From an uncultured Bacteroidales bacterium (GTDB lineage: Bacteria; Bacteroidota; Bacteroidia; Bacteroidales; VadinHA17): a stretch of DNA of 64,000 nt. Of this stretch, positions 40,262 through 51,152 are shown in pieces. Where the stretch lies: NCBI GenBank assembly GCA_963741935.1, contig CAVUJY010000011.1, positions 9,537 through 73,536 of the forward strand, given 5' to 3'. The position numbers and the translations under genes are program-made. The notes beneath the pieces were generated by a model, which searched no databases, had not been told where the DNA came from, and saw nothing but the letters and a program-made list of their open reading frames with translations. The first letter of the stretch is position 1; every line of letters starts with the position of its first letter.

Positions 40262-41250
40262 TATTTTTGTAAATAAGTTTTCCGCAGCTTACACATTTTC
40301 CATCCCGGCTAAGGTTTAGTATTTGAATGTTATAGCCTTCCCTTTTAGTTACAGTTGTACCGCATTCAGGACAAATAGTATTGTGTCCCTTTATCTGATT
40401 CCATATTGCCAAGGTAAACGTAATCAAGATTTTCGGAAGCTATTTCATGCAATTTTAGTAGTTTCTCTTCCGGGGTAAGGGGATCATCCCTTTTATATCT
40501 GGGAAAGTATCTGCTAAGATGTAAAGGAACATCTTTCCCTAATTCGTTTGCTATCCATTCCGATTGTAAGAGCATTTCTGTTTCTTCATCATTTTGACCT
40601 GGTATAATAAGTGTGGTAATTTCCAAATGTTTTCCTGATGAAGCAATAAGTTTAAGATTAGATTTTACCGGTTCAATGTCAGCCCCGGTAAGTTTTTTGT
40701 AAAAGCTGTTATTGAATGCTTTAAGGTCAATATTAAAGGCATCAATATGCCCGATCAAATCATTTAGAGGTCCCGGATTCACAAATCCATTACTTACCAA
40801 AACCGTAAATAATCCTTTGTCATGTGCCATCGCTGCAGTATCAAGCACATATTCTATTGAAACTATTGGTTCATTATAGGTGAAAGCTATTCCAATATTG
40901 TTTTTCACAGCCATAGCCTCTCTTACAATACTTTCCGGGCTTCTTTTCTCTGAAATCAATGAAGGAATGAATTGCGATATATCGTAATTCTGACAAAAGT
41001 CGCACCTCATATTGCAACCATAAGAACCAATGGAGAAGATATTACTGCCCGGGAAAAAATGGTACAGTGGCTTCTTTTCAATTGGATCAATGGATTTTCC
41101 TGAAATAATACCATAGGTCTGCAATTCTATTCTTTCCCCGGTATTCTTCCTTACGCCGCATATTCCTGTTTTTCCGGATGCAATCTTGCAGAAATGTGGG
41201 CAAAGAAGACATTCGAGTCTGTCTGAACTTTTTTTAAAAAGAGGTGTCAT
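40245..41250 (-). pseudogene. amrS: AmmeMemoRadiSam-system radical SAM enzyme (PflA-like), one frameshift
   Basis: N-terminal CLLCPHFCKIASGKTGICGVR. Radical SAM motif CNMRCDFCQNYDIS. The C-terminal zinc ribbon CPECG...CVSCG is in ORF 40245-40427 in a different frame. The shift is near 40395-40410. Confidence 0.75.
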
Positions 41251-41465
41251 ATATTATATTACTTCAGAACTCTTTTTGGTTTATAAAATCATATTTGTAA
41301 AATTAATCATGAATGAGGGTTTTTATTCATGCAGGAGGTAATATTTTCTTAATTTTACTCTGTATAATGGAGAAATTGTTTCTGCCGGATTCTGATGTTC
41401 AGTATAATTTTGATTTAATATCATTTAAATGGCTATTACGTATATTTAACGGAATATAATAAATT

Positions 41466-42305
41466 ATGGTTTCAAGGAGGGATTTTCTAAGGAAGACTTT
41501 TATAGCAGCTGCATCACAGCATTAATATCTCCTCTGAATCTTATATCTTCAGTGAAACAGACAGGTGTAATCCTATACACAGTTCGTGATGATTTGGTTA
41601 ATGATTTCAACAGGACTCTCGAAACAATTGCAGAAATTGGTTATAACTGGGTCGAGGCTGCAAGCTATCAGGACGGACTCTTTTATAATCGAAAACCATC
41701 AGATTTCCGTAGAATTGTTGAAAGTTTCGGACTTAAGTGTATAAGTACCCATTGTTCAGTTGACTATTACTGATTTAGACATTGCAATAGAGGCAGCTAA
41801 CGAATCAGGAATGAAATACCTTATCCTCCCTTCTTTGCCTTCTAAATGGCGGAAATCACTGGACGGCTTTAAGGAAGCAATTGATTTTTTTAATATGGCA
41901 GGTGAAAAATGCAGGATTGCCGGACTCAAATTCGGATATCATAATCATAGAATAGAGTTTAAGAAAAGAGCGGGACAGATTCCTTACGATATTCTAATCT
42001 CCGGAACAGATCCTCAACTGGTTACGTTTGAACTTGATCTTTGCTGGATAACTGCTGCCGGTTACAGTCCTGTTGAATACTTTAAGAAGTATCCCGGACG
42101 ATTCGAATTATTCCATGTGAAGGACATGACAGCAAACAAGAGTGTTGCAACTCTTGGAGAAGGGATAATTGATTTTAAACCGATTTTTGCCAATTCCGGC
42201 TTGGCAGGGATGAAATATTTTTTTGTTGAGCAGGATAGTTGTAAAACACATACTCCACTTGAGAGTATCAGGTTAAGCCGCGAGTATTTATTAAATATTA
42301 TATAG
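41466..42305 (+). pseudogene. TAT-exported xylose-isomerase-like TIM-barrel protein (sugar phosphate isomerase/epimerase family), two frameshifts
   Basis: MVSRRDFLRKTFIAAAS (TAT) from ATG 41466, then ALISPLNLISSVKQTGVILYTVRDDL in a second frame. ORF 41760-42305 has YHNHRIEF, FELDLCW and FHVKD, the typical AP-endonuclease-2/xylose-isomerase-like barrel motifs. Confidence 0.7.
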
Positions 42306-42369
42306 TATCTTTAGTCACTCCAAACTTTAGCTCACTTTAATGTACTAATCAGTTACAATATTTATAATT

Positions 42370-43389
42370 ATGGACAAAGTCGAAAATACTGTCATTGTAC
42401 CTTTTGAGAAAATGAAATCTGAGTTTTTCCGTATTCTTGTCAAGTTCGGATTTTCGGAAAACAGGGCAGAGGAATGTTCTGAGATATTCAGTGTCAACAG
42501 TCTCGAAGGTGTTTATTCCCATGGAGTTAACAGGTTCCCGCGATTTATAAAAGGTATCAGGGAAGGTATTTTAATGCCTGAAGCCAGTCCTGAACTGGTC
42601 CACAGTTCAGGTGCTATTGAACAGTGGAATGGGAATCTGGGTCCCGGGCCGCTGAATGCTTCTTTTGCCACAGAAAGAGCAATGGAGCTGGCTGAAAAGA
42701 ATGCTATTGGAATGGTAGGATTGTCAAACACGAATCACTGGATGCGTGCAGGAACATATGGCTGGCAAGCTGCCAGGAAAGGATTTGTATTTATCTGCTG
42801 GACAAATACATGCGCAAATATGCCAGCATGGGGAGCTACTGATCCACGACTTGGTAATAATCCGTTTGTAATGGCAATCCCTTATGGTGATGAAGCTGTT
42901 GTTCTTGACTTTGCGATGTCACAATATTCGTATGGAAAGATGGAATCGTACAGAAATGAGAATAAAATGCTCCCGTATCCCGGGGGGTACGATAGCAACG
43001 GAGAATTAACAACTGACCCGGGGGAAGTTTTAAAAACATGGCGGGCTCTTCCTGCAGGCTATTGGAAGGGTGCCGGATTTTCAATAATTCTTGATATACT
43101 TGCTGCAGTTCTTGCAGGCGGTCTCTCAACTCATGAAATTAGTTGCAAGAAAGTAGAATCAGCTCTGTCTCAGGTTTTTATAGCAATCAAATTAAGCAGC
43201 CTTAAGAACTTTCCTGCAATAAATCACACAATTGATAATATTGTAACTGATTTGAAGAAGTCTGATCCTGAAAGCAATACCGCGCAAATACGTTTTCCGG
43301 GTGAACAGGTTGTTAAGACAAGGTCAGTAAATTCAAAGAATGGAATTCCGGTAAACAGAGATATCTGGGAAAAGATCCTGAGTTTATAA
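42370..43389 (+). CDS. yiaK: Ldh_2 family dehydrogenase, 3-dehydro-L-gulonate 2-dehydrogenase (YiaK/DlgD)-like
   Basis: GVYSHGVNRFPRFI, GAIEQW, NHWMRAGTYGWQAA, CWTN and PAGYWKGAGFSIILD align along the full length with my recollection of E. coli YiaK. Confidence 0.8.
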   Translation: MDKVENTVIVPFEKMKSEFFRILVKFGFSENRAEECSEIFSVNSLEGVYSHGVNRFPRFIKGIREGILMPEASPELVHSSGAIEQWNGNLGPGPLNASFATERAMELAEKNAIGMVGLSNTNHWMRAGTYGWQAARKGFVFICWTNTCANMPAWGATDPRLGNNPFVMAIPYGDEAVVLDFAMSQYSYGKMESYRNENKMLPYPGGYDSNGELTTDPGEVLKTWRALPAGYWKGAGFSIILDILAAVLAGGLSTHEISCKKVESALSQVFIAIKLSSLKNFPAINHTIDNIVTDLKKSDPESNTAQIRFPGEQVVKTRSVNSKNGIPVNRDIWEKILSL

Positions 43390-43516
43390 ACTGATATTGC
43401 AATTCATGTATCTGAAAGCTGTGGAATACTCGCATGTATTTATTGTGCCGATCTCCTGAAACATGAGTTAGTTTTCCATGTACGTAATACCTATGTCTTC
43501 TTTATCAAGGCTTCTT

Positions 43517-43990
43517 TTAAATATTTTCCTCGATAATCTCAAATGGAACCTTATTGGTTTCGGCGAAGTTGAGAATCTCTTCTCTGACTAAGGTATTTAT
43601 ATCATGAAATGTGGAGCCGAATCTCAGTAGTGTTCTCTTTCCCGACTTCATAAAAAATATTATATTCATAGGATATACCTCAATCTTCTCTATATCCTCT
43701 GACTCCAATAAAACAGCCGGAAATATAGAATTTTTCTTAAGTAAAATATTTTTTGCTCCAATCTCGATAAACTTAACTGCTTTACCCAATCCGGACCATA
43801 TCTGGTATAAACCGAATCCTGTAAGGAATAAAATTGTTATCCATAATGTACCATCAGCCTTTAACGTTTTGAAATTGAAGATGAGCCAAAAGACAGCAAC
43901 GATAAGGCAGATTATTCCAAATGCAATCCGGAACACCTTAATTACTTTATTATTTTCAACAGTACCAAGTGAAAAATGCTTCTTTTCCAT
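43517..43990 (-). CDS. hypothetical membrane protein
   Basis: 157 aa. Two N-terminal TM helices followed by a soluble C-terminal domain. No recognisable motif. Confidence 0.4.
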   Translation of the reverse strand: MEKKHFSLGTVENNKVIKVFRIAFGIICLIVAVFWLIFNFKTLKADGTLWITILFLTGFGLYQIWSGLGKAVKFIEIGAKNILLKKNSIFPAVLLESEDIEKIEVYPMNIIFFMKSGKRTLLRFGSTFHDINTLVREEILNFAETNKVPFEIIEENI

Positions 43991-44171
43991 TTTAAATCAT
44001 TTCCGGCAATTTATCCTTTTTTTAGATGTATTCAAAACTGAAAATTATTAGCATCCTTTTAACGACGCCTAACTGTATTTTGAACATAAAAAATTTCAAT
44101 TAGTTTCAAAAAGTTTCAGAATATTAATTTGTATATTTGGTATGAAATAAAACGGAATTAAAATTTCTGAA

Positions 44172-44975
44172 ATGAGCTCAACTGTTAGCAGGCGTAACTT
44201 TATTCTGAAACATCTTGAAATGCATGACCAGGTAAATGTAGCTGAGCTTAGTAAACAGTTAGGGGTGAGTGAAGTTACAATTCGTAAAGACCTTAAGCAC
44301 CTGGAACAGAAAAATATCCTTATAAGGTCACGCGGTGGTGCTATGAAGCAAAGTCTCATTAATATCGATCTGTCGATCTACGACAGACGGAAAAAGAATA
44401 TTAAACTAAAAGAGGCGATAGGCAAAACTGCAGCAGGATTAATTCTCGATGGAGAAACAATATTTCTTGATACCGGTACCACAATAATGGAGTTGGCCAA
44501 ACATCTGCCGAAGAGGATTGATGTTACTATTATAACCAATTCTGTGGATATTGCGTTCCGTTTGGCTGAATATCCGGCAATCAGGGTGATTATGCCAGGA
44601 GGAATATTAAGAAGAAATTCCCTCTCCCTGGTAGGGGAAATGGCTGTTGAATCATTACGGAACTATTACTGCGATAAATACTTTCTTAGCGCAGATGCTA
44701 TTGATATTGAGCGCGGTATAATGACTGCAAATATTGAGGAAGCATCACTGGCGAAACTGAATATAAAGAACTCGAAAAAAGTATTTGCGCTTATTGACTC
44801 CTCTAAATTCAATTGTATGGGGACTATGACAATAGCATCTCTATCGGAAATTGACACAATAATTACCGACAACGGTGTGTCATCAGCAATTCTTGATGTA
44901 ATCCGAAAGGAAGGGCGTAAATGTTCTTGTTGCAGATACAATATGATTTCCATTACAGGCATATATGAAACCTAA
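44172..44975 (+). CDS. DeoR/GlpR family transcriptional regulator (3' end probably frameshifted)
   Basis: HTH VNVAELSKQLGVSEVTIRKDLKHLEQKNIL plus a DeoR C-terminal sensor domain. After about 44905 a shifted frame reads KGVNVLVADTI*, stopping at 44944-44946. This looks like the native DeoR C-terminus. Confidence 0.85.
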   Translation: MSSTVSRRNFILKHLEMHDQVNVAELSKQLGVSEVTIRKDLKHLEQKNILIRSRGGAMKQSLINIDLSIYDRRKKNIKLKEAIGKTAAGLILDGETIFLDTGTTIMELAKHLPKRIDVTIITNSVDIAFRLAEYPAIRVIMPGGILRRNSLSLVGEMAVESLRNYYCDKYFLSADAIDIERGIMTANIEEASLAKLNIKNSKKVFALIDSSKFNCMGTMTIASLSEIDTIITDNGVSSAILDVIRKEGRKCSCCRYNMISITGIYET

Positions 44976-46215
44976 CTATTATCTTCTTGTACTGATATTT
45001 CTGATCTTTTTTGCAATATCATTTTTAACCAATATTCTTGGATCGATAAATCCGAATGTGAGTGACAGTTTTGTATTAACCGGAACGATGACAGGATTGC
45101 TTCCTTTTTCTTTTTTTATTGCATATGCATTAATGTCAATACCCTCAGGTATGCTTGTCCAGAAATATGATGAAAAAAGAAGTCTGATTGTAGCGTGGGT
45201 TCTTTCTTTTTCAGGGGCTCTGATATTTTCTCTTTTCCCCTCGTTTCCTGTTTTTCTCTTTTCACTATTCTTAATAGGTTCGGGAATGGCTCTTCTGCAG
45301 GTTGCATTATTCCCATTATTAAGAGTTACCGGAGGGGAACAGCATTTTGCATTTAATTCGGTAATTGTTCAGCTTGTTTTCGGGATAGCTTCATTCCTTA
45401 GTCCATTTGTATATTCTTACCTCGTGTCGAACCTTACGGATCAACAGGTTTCAAAAGGCATATTTATAGGTTTTATGTCTGTTCTGACTCCAAAACAGTT
45501 GCCATGGGTCTCAATTTACTGGATTTTTACTTTTATAAGCTTCGCAATGATAGCCATAATACTTTTTGTCAGGTTTCCAGGAGTAATTAGAAAAGTGGAT
45601 GAGATTGTTGGTGCCTGGGAAACTCATATTGAACTATTCAAAAAGAAGACTGTAATACTATTCTTTCTTGGCATATTTGCCTATGTGGGTATTGAGCAGG
45701 GTATTGCAAACTGGATTTCTGAGTTTCTTCGTACCTATCATGGTATTAAGCCTGAAACAGGAGGCGCTGCAACAGTAGGATTATTCTGGGGAATGATGAC
45801 AGTAGGCTGCATTTTGGGACTTGTATTGTTAAAAGTAATAGACAGTAAAATTGTTTTACGCATCTTTGTTATTGCCGCGCTTGTTGTCTTATCTTTTACT
45901 CTATTCGGGAGCGCAAAAATGGCTCTGTTTGGATTTCCTGCACTCGGATTTTGCCTTTCGGTAATGTATGCCATAATATTTTCTCTTGCTTTAAACAGTG
46001 TCTCAAAATACCACGGATCGTTTGCAGGAATACTATGTACTGCCATAGCAGGTGGAGCAATATTTTCTCTCCTTATCGGAAAGCTTAAAGATATGATCGG
46101 TTTACAATCTGGCATGCTGATATTGTTTATCCCGCTTTTTTATATTCTGAGTTTAAGTTATTGGGCAAAGCCAATAGTAACTAACGCAACAATCAAAAGA
46201 AAAAATACCAATTAA
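44965..46215 (+). CDS. MFS sugar transporter (FucP / glucose-galactose porter-like)
   Basis: 416 aa with 12 predicted TM helices. The N-terminal region FFAISFLTNILGSINPNVSDSF...LLPFSFFIAYALMSIPSG is typical of FHS-family sugar/H+ symporters. Confidence 0.8.
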   Translation: MKPNYYLLVLIFLIFFAISFLTNILGSINPNVSDSFVLTGTMTGLLPFSFFIAYALMSIPSGMLVQKYDEKRSLIVAWVLSFSGALIFSLFPSFPVFLFSLFLIGSGMALLQVALFPLLRVTGGEQHFAFNSVIVQLVFGIASFLSPFVYSYLVSNLTDQQVSKGIFIGFMSVLTPKQLPWVSIYWIFTFISFAMIAIILFVRFPGVIRKVDEIVGAWETHIELFKKKTVILFFLGIFAYVGIEQGIANWISEFLRTYHGIKPETGGAATVGLFWGMMTVGCILGLVLLKVIDSKIVLRIFVIAALVVLSFTLFGSAKMALFGFPALGFCLSVMYAIIFSLALNSVSKYHGSFAGILCTAIAGGAIFSLLIGKLKDMIGLQSGMLILFIPLFYILSLSYWAKPIVTNATIKRKNTN

Positions 46216-46231
46216 TTAAAATCTTATCATT

Positions 46232-46979
46232 ATGAAAACAAATGAATTTAACAGAAAGGGCATTGCCGCAGGAATTAAAACAGGCAAAACTTTATTAGCA
46301 TCAATTGTTACCATTTGCTTATTCCTCGTTATTTCAACTGTTGCCAAAGCACAGGTTGCTGATAATACAGGATGGATACAGCTTTTTAATGGGAAGGACC
46401 TGACAGGATGGAAACAGGTTGGTCCGGGAACACATTATGTGGAAGATGGTTTGTTAAAGTCTACCGGAGGGATGGGTTTACTTTACTGGACTGGTGGAGA
46501 ATTCGGGAACTGTACAATTCGTGTGGTTTTCAGGATGCGCGATAACAACAGTAATTCTGGTGTTTTTATCAGAATACCTATTGAACCCCGTGAAGAATGG
46601 ATGCCGGTTTTTTATGGATATGAAGTTCAGATAGATAATAAACCGGAACTCTCAGATGAAGATGATTATCACTATACAGGGATGTTGTATTCACTGACCA
46701 AACCATTAGCTAAAACAGGAAAACCTGGTCCGGAATGGAACACAATGGATATAACACTTGATGGTCTTGAGAACAATTGTTTATCTCAATGGAGTAAAAG
46801 TTACAGATTACAAAGAAGGTGATCCGGTGCCTGAACGTAAATTTGATTTTGAACCATTTCATGGACTTCGTCCGGTATTAGGATGGATAGGGGTACAAAA
46901 TCATGGTGATAAAGATGTTGTATTCTTTAAGGAAGTTTCATGTCAAACCGCTTCAAAAGTGCAAAGTAATGTTAACTGA
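46232..46979 (+). pseudogene. DUF1080 (3-keto-disaccharide hydrolase family) protein, one frameshift
   Basis: GWIQLFNGKDLTGWKQVG, SNSGVFIR and GYEVQIDN in ORF 46232-46822. VYLNGVKVTDY...GWIGVQNHGDKDVVFFKEV in ORF 46758-46979. Confidence 0.75.
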
Positions 46980-47007
46980 TTATTAATATCCATTTTAATA
47001 CAAACCT

Positions 47008-48537
47008 ATGAAAAGGACAAGTCATAAAACAACCAACAAAAAAGAGATCTCCCGCAGGAGTTTTGTGAAAACAGCTGCTGCAGGTGCTGCTGCAATGACT
47101 ATACTGCCAAATTTTACAATTAGCGGACTGGGACATGTTGCTCCAAGCGATAAGTTACTTATTGCTGCTGTAGGCTGTGGCGGAGAGGGGGCTGATGATA
47201 TACGCCATTATTCGATAGCGCCGAAAAAGAATGCTGAAATAGCTTTCCTTTGTGATGTAGACGACAGGATGGCGGCACCCAGAAGAAAAGAATTTCCAAA
47301 AGCAAAGTTCTATTACGACTGGCGTGAAATGTTCGATAAGGAGAGTAAAAACTTTGATGCTGTATCTGTTGCAATACCTGATCACAATCATGCTATTGTC
47401 GGGCTAAGTGCCATGCAGCTTAATAAACATCTTTATCTTCAAAAACCTCTTACTCACGATATTTATGAAGCCCGTATTCTGACACAGGCTGCTGAAAAAT
47501 ACAAGGTGGTTACCCAGATGGGGGACCAGGGTGCTTCATGCGACGGTATGCGCACCCTTCGCGAATGGATTGAAGCAGACGTTCTTGGGGAAATTCAGAA
47601 GGTGTATTGCTGGACCGACAGACCAGTCTGGCCACAGGGAATACCCTGGCCATCAGACCAGTCCTGCTGTTCCTTCTGAACTGAAATGGGATCTCTGGTT
47701 AGGAACAGCCATGGAAACAAATTATATTGATAATATGGTTCCTTTCAACTGGCGTGGCTGGTGGAGGTTCGGTACCGGTGCTCTTGGAGATATGGGATGT
47801 CATATTATGGGACCTCCATTTAAGCTGCTCAAACTGGGATATCCTACTGAAGTATCAGGTAGTGCAAGCACACGTATACAGTGGAATTTTTGAGGAAGGA
47901 ATATATCCTGACAGCGGACCAGTATCCAGTTCAATTCGTTTTAAATATAAGCTGGACAATGGGAAGGATTTAGATCTTTACTGGATGGATGGTGGAATTA
48001 CCCCTGAACGTCCATCTGAAATTGACTCTGATCAGAATATGAATGAAGTGATGGCTGATTACCCTGGGTCTTAACGATTATGAAGGAGGTACTTTGTTTA
48101 TTGGAACAAAGGGAAAAGCAGCCTGCGGATGGGGTGGCCGTAATCCGATTCTTTTACCACTTTCCCATAATAAGGATGTAAATATTCCTCAAAAGTATGC
48201 AAGAGTTCCGGGAAATATGGATGGTCACTGGTGGCAGTGGATTGATGCATGCATAGCCGGATATGGAAATGCTGAAGTTGATTCTCCGTTTGTGGGTTAT
48301 GCAGGACCACTTACCGAAACTGTATTAATGGGTAACCTTTTACTGAGAAGCTTTAATATCCGGGAAAAAATTAAGAGAACCGACCCTGTTTATGGTGAGA
48401 TGGAGGGTTATACTTTTCCAGGAAGATACATAAACTATAAATGGGATGGTCCAAACATGAGAATTACAAACTTTGAACAGGCTAACCAGTTTGTTAAACG
48501 TGAGTACAGAAAAGGGTGGGGGGAGATAAAACTGTGA
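47008..48537 (+). pseudogene. TAT-exported Gfo/Idh/MocA family oxidoreductase, about three frameshifts
   Basis: TAT motif SRRSFVKTAAAGAAAM, Rossmann LLIAAVGCGGEG, and LYLQKPLTHDIYEAR. WRGWWRFGTGALGDMGCHIMGPP is in a second frame, and further pieces are in ORFs 47727-48074 and 48094-48537. Confidence 0.8.
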
Positions 48538-48582
48538 CCATATGTTGCTTGAAATAATAGCTGATAGGATTGTAAATGAGAT

Positions 48583-48787
48583 GGAGAGTGGGAGAGTGGG
48601 AGACATTGAGAAGAGGAGAGTGGGAGAAGGGAGAAGTAACCTCTTTATCTCCTGTGTAAGTTCATGTTTTTGTTACACAGAGGGAGACACAGAGAAGACA
48701 CAGAGTTACACAGAAAAGACAGAGATTATTCTTAGCTCTGTGGTTCTCCGTGCTGCTATCGGGACTCAGTGAGCTCTGTGTAAGTTC
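48583..48787. repeat. composite intergenic repeat with GGAGAGTGGGAGA units, CACAGAG units and inverted CTCTGTG units
   Basis: GGAGAGTGGGAGA-type purine words at 48583-48636. CACAGAG at 48676, 48688 and 48699, and CACAGAA at 48709. The reverse-complement word CTCTGTG at 48736 and 48774. CTGTGTAAGTTC occurs twice (48652 and 48776). Hairpin CTGTGTAA / TTACACAG at 48652-48679. Confidence 0.7.
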
Positions 48788-48832
48788 TTAAAATATTTTA
48801 GTCCCGATTATATTAATTTATTTAATCGTAAT

Positions 48833-49556
48833 ATGAAACAAATAGTTTATAAAGACTATAACGAACTCTCCGTAAAAACTGCTGAGATGATCGCAGATAT
48901 AGTGAAAAACAAACCTGATGCACTTCTCTGTTTTCCTGCCGGAGAGACTTCTGTCGGAACATTTCAGCACCTTGTTAAAATGTATAAGGCTGGGGAAATC
49001 AGTTTCCTGTAAATGCCGGATTGTTGGTCTTGATGAATGGGCAAACATCGGAGAAATGAAAAAGGAAAATTGTTATTCATTTCTAAAAAATCACCTTTTT
49101 GATCATATTGATTATTCTCAAGAGAATTTTTGCTTTTTCGACGGAGAATCCGATGACTTGGAGAATGAGTGCAAAAAGACGGACAACTTTCTTAAAAAGT
49201 ACGGACCTATTGATATGATTCTGCTGGGTGCGGGAATGAACGGTCATCTTGGTTTAAATGAGCCTGGTACATCATGGGAACTCTATTCTCATATTGTAAA
49301 ACTTGATGATACAACCAGGAAAGTTGGTCAGAAATATTTCTCGGGCAGCGTTGAACTTACCTCAGGTATTTCACTCGGAATAAAATATATTATGGAGGCT
49401 GCGACTGTCATTTTACAATTAAATGGAGACAGAAAAGCTGAAGTCGCAAAAAAGTTAATCACTGAGAATCCCTCAGTATCTTTTCCCGCTTCAGCCCTTA
49501 AATTGCATAAGAACTCATTTCTTCTTATGGATAAAGATGCTGCTAAATTGATATAA
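48833..49556 (+). pseudogene. glucosamine-6-phosphate deaminase / 6-phosphogluconolactonase family protein, one frameshift
   Basis: MKQIVYKDYNELSVKTAEMIADIVKNKPDALLCFPAGETSVGTFQHLV from ATG 48833. Then RIVGLDEW and LLGAGMNGHLGLNEPG in ORF 48918-49556. The shift is near 49010. Confidence 0.7.
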
Positions 49557-49565
49557 AAAATTGAT

Positions 49566-50699
49566 GTGAATAAAAGAAGGTCAGATAAAATATCTGAAAT
49601 AGTATCGTTCTTAAATCAGAACAAACATGCTGAAATAGATGCATTTGTCGGATTTGATGCATGTATAGATCAGATAGTAAGGGTCGTAAAGGATAAGGAT
49701 GAGAACGGTAATCATGGATATTTTGATACAAGCAGGCAGTTTGGAGAGTACCTTTTAAATCTGGAAAATAAAAGTTGTGGTGTCGAGCTGAATACCAAAC
49801 TGTTAAAACCGGGGGGTAATATGGTAATTACTGGCAATGCTCTCGGAAATCTTGGTATCAGGGTGGAATGTCTCGGTACTTTTGGCTTCCCGGAAATATT
49901 GCCGGTTTTCAGATCAATGTCTCTCAATTGTAAACTTCATACTATAGCCGATACAATAACAGCCACTGCTATTGAATTCAGTAACTCAAAAGTTATAATG
50001 TTTGATCCCGGACCTTATGAGAATCTTACATGGCATGATATAAGACATATCGTTGGCCTGGAGAATCTTAAAGTTTTGTTGGCTGGGAAACAACTTGTTT
50101 CATTTCTTAACTGGAGTGAAATTGAAAATTCATCGACAATATGGAAGGGATTTTTTGATGAAGTATTTCATGCGGTGGTTAATTCAGATGATAAACCTAT
50201 ATTTTTCACCGACTTTTCCGACTGCTCAAGAAAGTCAAAGAAAGAGATCCAGTTTGTATTGGATCTTCTGGGGAGGTTCAGGAAATATTTTAAAGTAATC
50301 TTTAGCATGAACAGGAACGAGGCAGGATTGGTTGCGCAGGCAATTGATGCTCCGTTTTCATCTTCCGATTCAAAATTTATTAAGTCAATTTATGATGCTA
50401 TTGATGTTGATACCTTAACTATTCATCAGACTTTGGATGCAATTGCCTTTGACGGGGAGAAAATTTGAAAAATGTGAGACATTTATGTGCAAAAATCCTG
50501 TTATTTTACAGGTGGAGGGGATAATTTTAACGCCGGTTTCTGTTATGCCCAGTTGAATAAGTTGGATCTTTATCAGTCACTTCTAGTAGCAAATGCAGTA
50601 TCGGGTTATTATGTGAAAACAGGAATTAGTCTGAATGCAGAGCAGTTAAAAGATTTTTTACTTGTGCTGGGATTAGTATGGTTTTTGAGCTGTTTTTAA
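49566..50699 (+). pseudogene. ribokinase/PfkB-superfamily carbohydrate kinase, one frameshift
   Basis: KPGGNMVITGNALGNLG near the N-terminus. The nucleotide-binding motif FTGGGDNFNAGF is in ORF 50487-50699. The track start is GTG, and the frame changes between 50468 and 50487. Confidence 0.55.
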
Positions 50700-51152
50700 T
50701 ATTCAGTTTAGAAACCCTTGTATGTAATATACAGTATGGATCAATTGCGAGTCAAAATCTTGTTGAATAATGATCCTGTTATTTAAATACCTGAAATACA
50801 AATTTGTAATAGTTGTATTCCAACATTAATAAGTCGAAAATAAAGGAAGAGAACTCCGGTATTTTTCCATTACCTAAACCCAATGGACATCAAATATTTT
50901 TTTTTCTGCATAAAACTAGCATAATACATCTTGCATTGATAAATAGTTGATTTGTCTATTATTGTATATTGGTGATAGAATATTAACAGTAAGTGTACCA
51001 TTGTTTTGAAATCAATTAATTCACTCATTCATTCATTAGTAGCAAAAGAATGATTAGGTTTTTATGAATTCCTACATTATATTTGTGTTTAACAACTCTT
51101 CAAAAAAATATGCATATTCTATTTTAAATTTAATTAAACAGAAAAATAAAAG

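Noticed and set aside
43611-44051. 146-aa plus-strand ORF overlapping the membrane-protein gene 43517-43990
   Set aside because: The minus-strand ORF has a proper ATG, TM helices and a better coding pattern. The choice between the two is not certain, because neither has a known domain.
48583-48715. CRISPR array
   Set aside because: The repeat units are only 7-13 nt and are separated by 3-6 nt, not by spacers of about 30 nt. There are no cas genes in the window.
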